This document shows positions 31,438 to 41,165 of a stretch of DNA of 64,000 bases, in pieces. Position 1 is the first letter of the stretch. Each line of letters opens with the position of its first letter. The stretch is from a virus (Duplodnaviria > Caudoviricetes): positions 32,001 to 96,000 of the IMG/VR virus record IMGVR_UViG_2595698668_000001; one strand, 5' to 3'. The translations under genes were made by a program, and so were the position numbers. Below the pieces are notes generated by a model. It searched no databases and had not been told where the DNA came from. It saw nothing but the letters and a program-made list of their open reading frames with translations.

Positions 31438-32235
31438 TTATTTTGTCCAGTCGAAACGAGTATATACGTTGTCGATGTACTGTGCAAGGTTTTCTTTGGC
31501 GTTGTAAGAAAAAATTCCATGGGTAACAAACAGGTCCACTCGAACCGCACCAGACTCTTTCAATACTTTACCAAGATTGAGGAAAGAACGACCACCATCA
31601 CAAATATCGTCTACGATCAACAACCGCTTACCTTTGACGTCAGAATTGAAACGAGGTTCGCTAACTTCACCAGTGTTGATATCGCGAGTCTTCATGGCTT
31701 CAATTACTGGAAGACCCGCATTTTGAGCTTGGGGATAGATCTTTTTCAGAGCACCCGCATCCGGGGATACAATCGCGTCATAATTACGACGGGAAATCCC
31801 TTGAGAACCCCAACACCACTGTTTGTTAACAGATACGTTATTGATCAATGCGGTTGATACATCGGAATGTGGATCTGTGAGACAAACCAAATCATATTTC
31901 ATAGAGTTGATGAAATCACAAAAGACACGCAAAGACAGGCTTTCACCTTCTGTCATAACTCGGTCTTGTCGAGCATAAGGGAGATAGGACAGGTCCAAAA
32001 CATATCGCACACCAGTCCCGAAAAATCGGTGGAGCGCGTCCGTAAGAATCGCCAGTTTCATGATATCGCCATCGTGGATACTTGCATCAACACGAACAGT
32101 TTCTGCCTCATAAGACCCATATTCAATAACATCTTTTGGAAGTTTGACGTTCCATTCCCCACCGGCAAACTGTTTAAAATCAACAATTGCATTACTGAAA
32201 TTGAAGTCTTTATAAGTAACAAACAATTTATACAT
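31438..32235 (-). CDS. PRPP-synthetase-family protein (Prs/Adps-like)
   Basis: F.GGE..V, YLPYARQDR, DPHS, VSPDAGA, K.R, IVDDICDGGRSF and VTHGIFS motifs. Confidence 0.93.
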   Translation of the reverse strand: MYKLFVTYKDFNFSNAIVDFKQFAGGEWNVKLPKDVIEYGSYEAETVRVDASIHDGDIMKLAILTDALHRFFGTGVRYVLDLSYLPYARQDRVMTEGESLSLRVFCDFINSMKYDLVCLTDPHSDVSTALINNVSVNKQWCWGSQGISRRNYDAIVSPDAGALKKIYPQAQNAGLPVIEAMKTRDINTGEVSEPRFNSDVKGKRLLIVDDICDGGRSFLNLGKVLKESGAVRVDLFVTHGIFSYNAKENLAQYIDNVYTRFDWTK

Positions 32236-32633
32236 TAGATAATCCTCATTGAAATTATATCAGAGTTTAGGACGAGATATTCCCCTTCCTGTTTCAAGAT
32301 CCTAAGTAGAATCTTTCTGTAAGGTTCATAATCACAAAATTTGCGGATCATAAACCTGATGTTATCGATTGAAAGAACAGGGACTGCTTCTACTTCATAT
32401 GTATGCCCGTTGTCTGTCTTCTGGAAGTATGACCCAACAGACCTAGCCATCTTAGCACAAGAAGAAAAGCTATTCATCATGTGGTCATCATATGGATTCT
32501 TAGACGACCATCTATACAAAACACACGGTTTATTATTAAATTTTTCTTTCGCATAGTCAACAAGAATTTTAACTTCTTCGTCAGATACGGGGAGTCCGTC
32601 AAGATAACGGAACAAAACAGAATGTGGGGTCAA
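32235..32633 (-). CDS. Putative R-S-E clade ADP-ribosyltransferase-like protein
   Basis: LYR41, S55-F-S57 and Q-E116-G-E118-YLV in canonical order; TTG start overlaps the NADAR stop; TAATG coupling to the Prs-like gene. Confidence 0.5.
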   Translation of the reverse strand: MTPHSVLFRYLDGLPVSDEEVKILVDYAKEKFNNKPCVLYRWSSKNPYDDHMMNSFSSCAKMARSVGSYFQKTDNGHTYEVEAVPVLSIDNIRFMIRKFCDYEPYRKILLRILKQEGEYLVLNSDIISMRII

Positions 32634-33079
32634 AGTTGTTCTCTAATCTCGTTCAAAATGTCACAAAACTCTTTTTCTGTCAGAATTGTGATGTGTGGAT
32701 CCTTACAACCCATGGTATGGGCTAATACATGTGGTTTTGAGTGCACCAGAGCCTCTAGGAAGCTTTTGTTTTGTTCGGCCATCGAAAGATATGCGTTATA
32801 CAAAAGATTGCTATACGCTTCGCTGAGGCGGTTTACCGGCTTTCCTTTATACCACATAGTAAAGTCTTTCTGCCATCCCCTGTTAGAATGGCAAACCTTA
32901 TAAACTTCATGACCTCTCAGATTGTTTATGTCTGGGGGATTTTCATATTTGAGGCTTTGTAAGAAAGCCTCAATCGTCCGATAATACACACCATCGAATG
33001 TAAATGGGTGTTCTGTGAAGTTTGACAATTCGCGTTCGACCCAATCCCGACTCCCAGAATAGATGTCAATGATTGCCAT
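32630..33079 (-). CDS. 30.3: NADAR-family protein (T4 gp30.3-like)
   Basis: LSNF..HPF..DG....IEAFLQSLK, NAY...A.QNK.F..AL..SK..VL.H and TILTE.EF.D.LN match T4 gp30.3 as recalled. Confidence 0.85.
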   Translation of the reverse strand: MAIIDIYSGSRDWVERELSNFTEHPFTFDGVYYRTIEAFLQSLKYENPPDINNLRGHEVYKVCHSNRGWQKDFTMWYKGKPVNRLSEAYSNLLYNAYLSMAEQNKSFLEALVHSKPHVLAHTMGCKDPHITILTEKEFCDILNEIREQL

Positions 33080-33913
33080 ACTTCTTTACCAGATCATCAT
33101 AACCACTACTGTATCCATAATCTGTGGTCTTGTCAATCTTAACCTCAATTTCTGCACTATCAAATTGTTCGAAATATCCCGTTACGAAATCCATATCAAT
33201 TTTGATCCGTCCATCAGAATGGTGAATGTTCATGGATGAGAAGAAATCGAAAGGATCTTCTACATCCTTGGCCCATGGACGACGAGAAGCCAGACCCTTA
33301 ACCATTTCCTGTTTTGCTGGTGTCCAACGTTCGTTGTTGTATGCATTATAGAACTCATTGAACTCGTAGATCTCAACAAGTGCCTTCATAGCATCATCGT
33401 TGTCAAACCAAACTGGTGCTAGGATCCGGTCGGTGTCGTATGTAGTAAAACTATCACCAGTTCTATATTTTACCCGAATAATGAATTTCATACATCACCT
33501 TACTTGTAGAAAACGAATGATACAGATTGAAGTTTCCCACCCGTAACAACGGTCCCAATATCGAAGTTTTCTTGTTTGGTCATACTTTCAATAGAACGAC
33601 CCATCCGACAGAGTTGTTCAATCATTTTCTCACCACAATCTAGTTTCTGATGGAATACAATGACCCATCGAGCAGGGGCAAAGTCATTTGGTTCCAAATC
33701 CTTGATCTGGATGGATACATGCTTATCAAACCCCTTAAGACAAGTTGGTTCATAATATTCATTCATCTGAACCATACGTTGGAGGGTATTGATAAACTTG
33801 TTCATTCCATATTGATATCGGAGTCCGCTATATTTTCCGAAGCCCAGTTTATTACCGAAAACGTCAATCTCGTTTTTGAAAACTTTCTTTGCGTAAGTCG
33901 TGATTTTCATTTT

Positions 33914-34591
33914 TTATTCCCCAAAATTGGTATACTTAGATTTAAATTCCATCAGTTTTTCTTTTGCGACTTTTTCTTTTGTAGTGAGGACGTCGATCTC
34001 TTTGGAGATGCTTGTCAATTCACCATTCAGACGATTGTATTCATCATTCAAAACTTTGAATGCATCTTCAATTGATGGTGTAGAAACAGATGTATGTTGC
34101 TCTTTCATATCTTGAGATGGCTCTACCGTACCAAACAACATGTTGATTTCAAGGAGAATTTCAAAATCCACATGAGACTCGACTTCCTTCCTGATAGGGC
34201 GACCATTAGATGTAACTGAATCCTTCGACTTCACAACCTTGAGTTTACCAACAGTCAATCCGTTTGTTACTTGGGCTACGGTAGTAATAAGATGGTGAAT
34301 ATGTCGAGCTACACCAGTCCGGTATGTTTTGGTATTACTTACTTTAATAACAACTGAATTTGATGATTGTTGGAAATCACAAGAATAATTAATATGACCG
34401 TAAACATCAAACGAGGTTCGTGGGCCATATTCCCTCATAAGATTGTGAAGGAATTTTTTGTTTAGGATACGAGCTGTATATGTTGCGGCCTGACGTCCGT
34501 TAAGCGGTTTCCGGTTATCGTTGTATGGGTTTTTGTATACATCAACCTCACCACGAAGATACTGATGTACATATTTTACAAATGAGTTCAT
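33914..34591 (-). CDS. Hypothetical protein with C-terminal coiled coil
   Basis: 225 aa ORF in the operon-like run. Confidence 0.75.
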   Translation of the reverse strand: MNSFVKYVHQYLRGEVDVYKNPYNDNRKPLNGRQAATYTARILNKKFLHNLMREYGPRTSFDVYGHINYSCDFQQSSNSVVIKVSNTKTYRTGVARHIHHLITTVAQVTNGLTVGKLKVVKSKDSVTSNGRPIRKEVESHVDFEILLEINMLFGTVEPSQDMKEQHTSVSTPSIEDAFKVLNDEYNRLNGELTSISKEIDVLTTKEKVAKEKLMEFKSKYTNFGE

Positions 34592-35041
34592 AATTTATTC
34601 CTTTTCGTATTTTACAAGTTCACAGTCTAAACGATCTTCTTCAAAAAGAAAAGACATATTTTCTAATTTCCTTTCTTCACAGATCTCTTTGGTGGTTGAC
34701 AGTTCGACTTGGAAAGTCTCACACACAGGATTGTTGTTCATATCGATTACACATGATGTAAGAATCAAAGCAAACAAAGTTTCCATATCAATCACCTCAA
34801 CTGTTTCAATATCGATATCTTCTCAGATCTAAACACCACTGTCAATAACAAATTTATGTTTACACCGACGACACCGCATATCACAAATCTGATTGAACCA
34901 GTTAGTGATCTGGATCTGTTCAGAACCACATTCAGAACAAATTGGTTTCATCTTAGAAACGGCCTTACGACGATCAACCAAAATCTCCATACCATCAAAA
35001 TCAAAATCAACTTCAAACATTCCAGTTCTCCAAAAAATAAA

Positions 35042-35081
35042 ACGGTATAAGGATTATCTCCCTATACCGTGAACATGTCAA
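35042..35081 (-). promoter_or_regulatory. Promoter with -10 in the loop of a terminator-like hairpin
   Basis: TTGACA-N17-GATAAT; stem ACGGTATA..G/C..TATACCGT followed by a T-run. Confidence 0.65.
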
Positions 35082-35452
35082 CCTATATCTTTCTTCAATT
35101 CAGATATGATCCACTCAGCGAGGTCATACCTATAATCCCCATAAACACCATCATACATACCAGCATCTTTTCTCATCATCTTGTAGAATATGTCAGGTTT
35201 AACCCCACACCCAGAGGGGATAGGATAACCCAACATACCAGAATAATGAGGCCATGTAACAAAAGTCTCTTGAAGGATCGCGTATATCGTCCCAACAAAA
35301 GATTTTGTTTTGTCTGGCATTATATGATTTTGCTTTTTCTTGAGATCGTAATAAATGTTAGAACAAAGACCCGCAGTTTGTCTATAATTTGTAAAATCAT
35401 TTTCAATTGCGGTTTCAAGTGACTCAATAATAGACTGCTTTATTGTTTTCAT
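35078..35452 (-). CDS. Hypothetical protein, paralog of 62841-63215
   Basis: GLC, W.H.SG...YP and YG..R..LA motifs shared. Confidence 0.75.
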   Translation of the reverse strand: MKTIKQSIIESLETAIENDFTNYRQTAGLCSNIYYDLKKKQNHIMPDKTKSFVGTIYAILQETFVTWPHYSGMLGYPIPSGCGVKPDIFYKMMRKDAGMYDGVYGDYRYDLAEWIISELKKDIG

Positions 35453-35777
35453 TTTTACCCTCTTATCGAGAGAGGAACCATTTGGTTCTCACACAACAGT
35501 TAATACTGTCAGTAGTATTTAGGGGTTTATCAATTAAATCAACAACATAACAGCGTCAATCATACCCCACACTACACCAAACGGGAAGAGAACCGCAGCC
35601 ACAAACCGAAGGTATACCTCATTCGGAGCCCCCGGAATATAGATCATAGTGTGTACGTTCAGCGCCCAAAACGCGAAGTACAGAAGGAAAGGAATCATAT
35701 TGGTGAATACAAAACGAAACATCTTGTAAAACATATTAATCAACCACATAATTCATCTCCTTCTCAAGTTCAACTAG

Positions 35778-35806
35778 AGTATCCCATCTCCCAGAACTAT
35801 AGTCAA
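35778..35806 (-). promoter_or_regulatory. Early sigma70-like promoter
   Basis: TTGACT-N17-GATACT, with ATGGGATACTCT shared with the 10517 promoter. Confidence 0.7.
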
Positions 35807-36302
35807 CTTATTTTTTGAAGATTTTGATAATCCAACCAAAAATAGAAGCGGGCCACAATACAGAGTCGATCAATACTGTAATCGGGATGGCACACCAACG
35901 AAGAGGTTTTGGGTTAAAACCAAGACCAACCTTCTTTTTCCGGACCGGTTCATATCGTTCAATAAGGTCAAAATCGAATCCAAATTTTGGCTCAAGTTTC
36001 CCGTCCAAGATCAGAACACTACGAACTGACGTAATTGTACTGATAAAAGCAAAAACATAAATCATTGTTACATAAGCACTAAGCATTACGGAACCCTCTT
36101 TAAAAATGGTTTGGTTTCTACAAGTTCTTCCGGTAGATATAGGTTTAACTTTGTTTCCATACCACTACCACCACACATAGCACCAAGAACAATCATCAAT
36201 AGTTCTTTCATGTCATCAATCGATTCAATTTTATCCATATCAACTACAACATGAACTGGTTTCTTAAAAACCATCTCGTTGATCCTAAAGCTACCACCAT
36301 TT

Positions 36303-37271
36303 TTATCCACGTTCAATTACCTCGTTTACATAATATTCATAAATGAAATTGTTCCAATAATCATGGTCTACTTCATCGGGCATACCGTTTTTGGATGCAA
36401 CTACCGCTGCTGCTTCTGCTCGGTCCATGACATCCTCAAGGTAAGGTTGAACTTCCTTCGAAAAATCCAACTTACCTTGTTTTACAAGCTTGATGTATTC
36501 CGCATTTTTCAAGGGGAATTGAAGATCGCCGGTTGTGTAAATTTCAAGAAGTTGTTCCGCACCACGAATTGCATGACTCATCGCTTTCCAATCGATACCA
36601 GACGAAGCCTTTTCAGCCCGAGCGCCATATTCAGATTTAATCCTCATAATCTGTTCTACAAACTCAGAGTAACGGATCCCAAACAGATATTTGCGACCAA
36701 GTACCTCGTAATAGTAGACGACCTGATGGCTGGGGTCTACAAACTTACCAATAATCAAGTTTTCACTCTGGGGCATACCAGATACAAGACCACCCAACCG
36801 GTCATCCCCATAGACACTTACAGGACGATTCTCGATGAAAGACAACACCGAATTAAGCTCTTGGAGACGAGACCCTTTAACCCCATACTTACTTGCCTGT
36901 TTACGAACATAGCCAAGATAAGCTTTCATCTTAGTTGTGTAAAAATCAGACCGGTTGTTTCGCAAATGTTGGAAAATCTCAGAGTTTGTCATTACTTTAT
37001 CGATAGGTGCGTGAAGCATATCGATAGCCGCAGTTTCCCCCTTGGAAGCCATTTGAATGAACTTTTTCAGAGAAAAGTACTCTCGGTCGATGTCGTCAGC
37101 CGTATTAGCAGATCCTTTGGCTCCGGTATCCCTATGATATACCTCTTTTGTTCCCATGATGATCTGACGTGGTTCTGGGAGGAATACACCCTTATAATCA
37201 GTATCACTTTCTGGTGTGTCTGTTCCGTACAGCTTAGAACCAAACACACATTCAAAAATCAATGCACTCAT
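36303..37271 (-). CDS. Nucleotidyltransferase, T4 NrdC.11/RlaP-like
   Basis: FGSKLYGTDTPESDTDYKGVF, GY...QA.KY, DWKAMSHA.R and IK..K.G motifs. Confidence 0.85.
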   Translation of the reverse strand: MSALIFECVFGSKLYGTDTPESDTDYKGVFLPEPRQIIMGTKEVYHRDTGAKGSANTADDIDREYFSLKKFIQMASKGETAAIDMLHAPIDKVMTNSEIFQHLRNNRSDFYTTKMKAYLGYVRKQASKYGVKGSRLQELNSVLSFIENRPVSVYGDDRLGGLVSGMPQSENLIIGKFVDPSHQVVYYYEVLGRKYLFGIRYSEFVEQIMRIKSEYGARAEKASSGIDWKAMSHAIRGAEQLLEIYTTGDLQFPLKNAEYIKLVKQGKLDFSKEVQPYLEDVMDRAEAAAVVASKNGMPDEVDHDYWNNFIYEYYVNEVIERG

Positions 37272-38866
37272 CTAATTACCCCATAGTATTAATTGTATAG
37301 GCACATTCGGAAAGGTAACTTTCGACATACTTATACACATCGATAATACCACCAACTGTGTCGGAAGTTATCACAAATCCCAGAACATTATCATCTTCCG
37401 GAACGATGGAGGTATTAAAATCATCAACATATTGATCACAAAAATCAACAAAACTTTCGTAGAAATGGTCTTTCCAGATCTCAACATCAACGTCGAAATC
37501 CTTTTGAGAAATCACAACTTCAAATTTCAATTCATGAAAATGCTTTGTTTTTATATCTTTGAACATGATCATATTATGCCTTGATGGTATAGATTGGTGG
37601 ACAGTTAAACCCACGCTGTTGTTCTACAGAAACCGTATACCCCAGTTTTCGAAGTTCTAAAATGAATTTATCTGACACAGCCGAAAAAGTTTTTTGCTCT
37701 TGGGCAGCAAGAGACATCAGTTCATCACCCATATATCGATAGGCTAGACTCTTAGTCTTTATCATAAACTCATAAATTTTACGAATGATCGGAGTAACGT
37801 CGATACCACTGACGTCATCCATGTTCAAAATAGCTTCTTTAAGACTTTTTGCTGAATAATCCATAATTTATACCTTATTTTTTAGAAGGACTTACCATTA
37901 CAACACCATACCCACTCAAAAAATGGCTCCATTTAATATAAGAACCGCGATGACCATTCTTTTTCTTTGCGTATTGAAGTTCGATATACATGTGATATGG
38001 GACAGATCCCGCGACAAAAACTGCCTGTTCTAGATTTTCTTTATCAAAGAACAAAGACAACCCATTTTTAAATACAACAAGAAGATTCCCATCAATCGAT
38101 ACATGGTAATCAAAATGTGGAGTTCTATATGTTTTACCGAAGTTTCTATATTCAACGTCTGTAATACACGCACACAACCGACACATCACTTTGAATGACA
38201 CAAATTGCACACGTCCAAATCCATCCAGAACAGAGAACCCGCGAGCACCGGTATCTGTACCATTGGCAGAACGGAATCCAAGAATCGATGCTACGTCGTT
38301 AATTGCGTTAATTGTTCTTTTCATACTTTACCTACACATTTTATATTGTTCATTTTGAATTCCGCCATGAGAACATCATACAAGCGAGCTTTTTTACCAT
38401 ACTTAGCAATCAGCATTTCCAGTGATATTTTCATAACGATTCCTCGGTTTGTTTCGACAAAAAGAGTATCCCACATCAGGGGATACTCTGTCAACAACTT
38501 TAGCAACCTTTGAGGATATCAAGTTGTGTGCGAAGGGTAAGAGCAATAGAAGTTGATTTTACCTTAGAAGATTTCAACTTAGACACAACAGACTCTAACT
38601 CGTTGATCGTCTGTTGGTGTTCATTTGCCAGAAGTTGTTTTTGGGATTCATAAGAAGCTTCCAAATCTTTCAGATCCTTCATATGTGCATTAGTGAGGTC
38701 ATCCATCTGTACCATGGTATAACCAATCGCATTTGTATCGGTTTCAGCTCGTTTCTCTGCTTGCTCTTTAAGGGATTCAAGCTGCTGAATCATTGATTCT
38801 GTTGTTGGAATAGATGGAGGAAGCGGATCGCTATAAAACATATCTTTGATTTTAGAAATCATTAAA

Positions 38867-39616
38867 TTATCTCTTTGTCAATACAATTTTAAAGTTAAAT
38901 TCGAAAGTTTTTTCTGTTTCGTTGTTTGTAACAGAAAGAATACCATGTTCATTATCAATACTAACGAAGAAGCGAGGATCCTGTACACCACACCGGATAG
39001 TTTGATATAGTTCGTTACCGAAAAATTCTGGTTTCAGTACGCAGTCATAGAATCCCATGGAACTACCATCATCCTGCCACTCTTCCCAGTGAGAGATAAC
39101 AGATTGTTCAAATCCATTATCGTTTCCAAGAATACGCCAGATAAAGAAAGAAACATCACTCAGACATGTGTTTACTCGATGGTGGGTTACATTTTCTCCA
39201 ACGACACCAGACAGACCGTCCACAAATGTCCAGAAATTATCCGAGATAAATTCAATAAATTCTGGGGAATCCCCTCGTTCTTGATAACGAGTCAAAAACA
39301 TTTCTTTGATATCAGAACGTTGTTTATCCTGATACCACTGGTTGTTCTCATAAACTGGTTTTTGGGGGTATACGAGTTCGACATCATACCCCATACGAAC
39401 AACAAATTGCACAACTTCTGTATGAGTCGATATCATCACAAAATCAAAGGCTCCACTTTCTACATGAGATTCAATCTCTTTTAGATATTCGTTAGGCCAA
39501 TCATTTTTAAATTTGGAGCTATCTAGATACACAACATTGTATTGAGGAAACTTATTGTATTTTACTACGGTGGATTTCCCAGCACCGGGAAATCCACAAA
39601 TCACTTTAGTCTTCAT
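38867..39616 (-). CDS. P-loop NTPase/kinase-like protein
   Basis: VICGFPGAGKS Walker A; DSS.F and RY..RG motifs. Confidence 0.7.
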   Translation of the reverse strand: MKTKVICGFPGAGKSTVVKYNKFPQYNVVYLDSSKFKNDWPNEYLKEIESHVESGAFDFVMISTHTEVVQFVVRMGYDVELVYPQKPVYENNQWYQDKQRSDIKEMFLTRYQERGDSPEFIEFISDNFWTFVDGLSGVVGENVTHHRVNTCLSDVSFFIWRILGNDNGFEQSVISHWEEWQDDGSSMGFYDCVLKPEFFGNELYQTIRCGVQDPRFFVSIDNEHGILSVTNNETEKTFEFNFKIVLTKR

Positions 39617-40046
39617 GTTCTCGTCTCACAAACGCTTGATAACTTTCAATATAACCCTTTATGTTATCTTTACCAATTGGGTTTTTAGTATGGTAATAGA
39701 TATACTCGGGAAGTTCTTTGTTGTCATATTGAGTAATATCAACAAGATATTTTGCACATGACAACCCTGTATATTCAACCCCATCCTCATCATAATCAGC
39801 TAAGTCGTGGTCGAAGCTAATATATTTCGGGATACCGTTCGTCCGGATCTCATCCTTAAAGTCGGAATAAGTCCGAACGACAGTCCACTGAATATCTGGG
39901 TCATAATGTACCCACCCGACATCAGACGGATTTCGAATATCGTCAATAAAAATACCACGAAATTTCTTACCCATCGCATTATTCCAATGAACTAGACCGA
40001 TCAGAATTATCAACAGTCCAATCATGGATAAAACGTAACCGGTCAT
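39606..40046 (-). CDS. Cyclic-phosphate-processing receiver-like (cREC) domain protein
   Basis: IFIDDIRNP, W.VVR.Y..F, ISFDHDL, TG..CA..L and HT.NP.G motifs. Confidence 0.75.
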   Translation of the reverse strand: MTGYVLSMIGLLIILIGLVHWNNAMGKKFRGIFIDDIRNPSDVGWVHYDPDIQWTVVRTYSDFKDEIRTNGIPKYISFDHDLADYDEDGVEYTGLSCAKYLVDITQYDNKELPEYIYYHTKNPIGKDNIKGYIESYQAFVRREHED

Positions 40047-40056
40047 AAATCACCTC

Positions 40057-40449
40057 TTACAGACTTGATGGACCACGAATCAATTGTTTTGTTACAATCA
40101 ATTCGCGTTCTCCAATGATATCGATAACCTGTGAAGGAATATACCCATTAACATCAATGAAAACATGAGTTGCATCAGGTACGGTCACCAACGCTTTTTC
40201 TAGTTGTTCTTTAAGACCAAGGGGACCATTGAAATTGGAACCAGATTGAACGGAAGATACCACCAATTCAAACGTCTCTGTGTCAGGCGAAACAAAGTCA
40301 TAAAGCCGCTCAAACGCTTGTTGTTCATCAAGTTCATCAATCAATACAATTACAGGACTGATAGCCACTTGTTCCGCAGCTTTTGCCAGAAGACGGGAAG
40401 TTTTACCGGTTCCTACTTCGCCAAAAATCACTTCAAAAATTTTACCCAT
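40057..40449 (-). CDS. Small P-loop protein
   Basis: GEVGTGKT Walker A; VFID Walker-B-like motif. Confidence 0.6.
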   Translation of the reverse strand: MGKIFEVIFGEVGTGKTSRLLAKAAEQVAISPVIVLIDELDEQQAFERLYDFVSPDTETFELVVSSVQSGSNFNGPLGLKEQLEKALVTVPDATHVFIDVNGYIPSQVIDIIGERELIVTKQLIRGPSSL

Positions 40450-40450
40450 T

Positions 40451-40957
40451 TTACATTCCTTTTTGTTCAGAAGACCAACCATTTTGATTAGCCACGGCAG
40501 AAAGACGATAGAACCCCTCCTGATATTTGAAGGAACGTTTCATATCTTTTTCAGTTACTCCCTTGAGGCGACGCAGGTCACTATTATGACGGAAGTCACA
40601 CATCTTTACAAGACACGCCATCCGGTTGGATTCGATACCTTGAAGGTAAGATTCATAAACCGCAGGATCTTTATAATCGTTACCATGTTTTTTGGTCAGG
40701 AGAACCACCGATTTTACTACTTCCGGGTTAAAACCCATTTCAAGAAGATCATCAGCAGTTGCATTCTGCACGTCCTCAAGATAATCATGAAGAAGTGCAA
40801 CCTGTTTCAGCTTGTCGTCTGCTTTAGGACCAAGCTTTCGACATACTTCCATACAATGTTCGAAGTAAGGACGACCACCCCGATCAAATACTGTTGCAAA
40901 TGCATCAGAAACCAAACCATAGGCAATTGCAGTCATTTTAGCATCATGTTTACTCAT
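40451..40957 (-). CDS. HD-domain hydrolase (Mesh1/SpoT-HD-like)
   Basis: DRGGRPYFEH, ALLHDYLED, V..LTK and VKMCD..HN motifs. Confidence 0.85.
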   Translation of the reverse strand: MSKHDAKMTAIAYGLVSDAFATVFDRGGRPYFEHCMEVCRKLGPKADDKLKQVALLHDYLEDVQNATADDLLEMGFNPEVVKSVVLLTKKHGNDYKDPAVYESYLQGIESNRMACLVKMCDFRHNSDLRRLKGVTEKDMKRSFKYQEGFYRLSAVANQNGWSSEQKGM

Positions 40958-41165
40958 TTTGAATTCCTCGATTAGTTCAAAAACATTATATCAATCTGGA
41001 GTCGGATAATCAACTACTATTTTCATGTTATATCCGGGTCGATCATGGGTTCGATTCAAATTACCTTCAATGTATTCAAACATATTCTCATTGAATTTTT
41101 TATCAGTATACTCTGTATAAACAGAATTTACAAACATCATGACACCAAAAACCAGAAAAATAATT

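Noticed and set aside
36279-37286. 335 aa plus-strand ORF
   Set aside because: Antisense to the NrdC.11-like gene; no recognisable protein features
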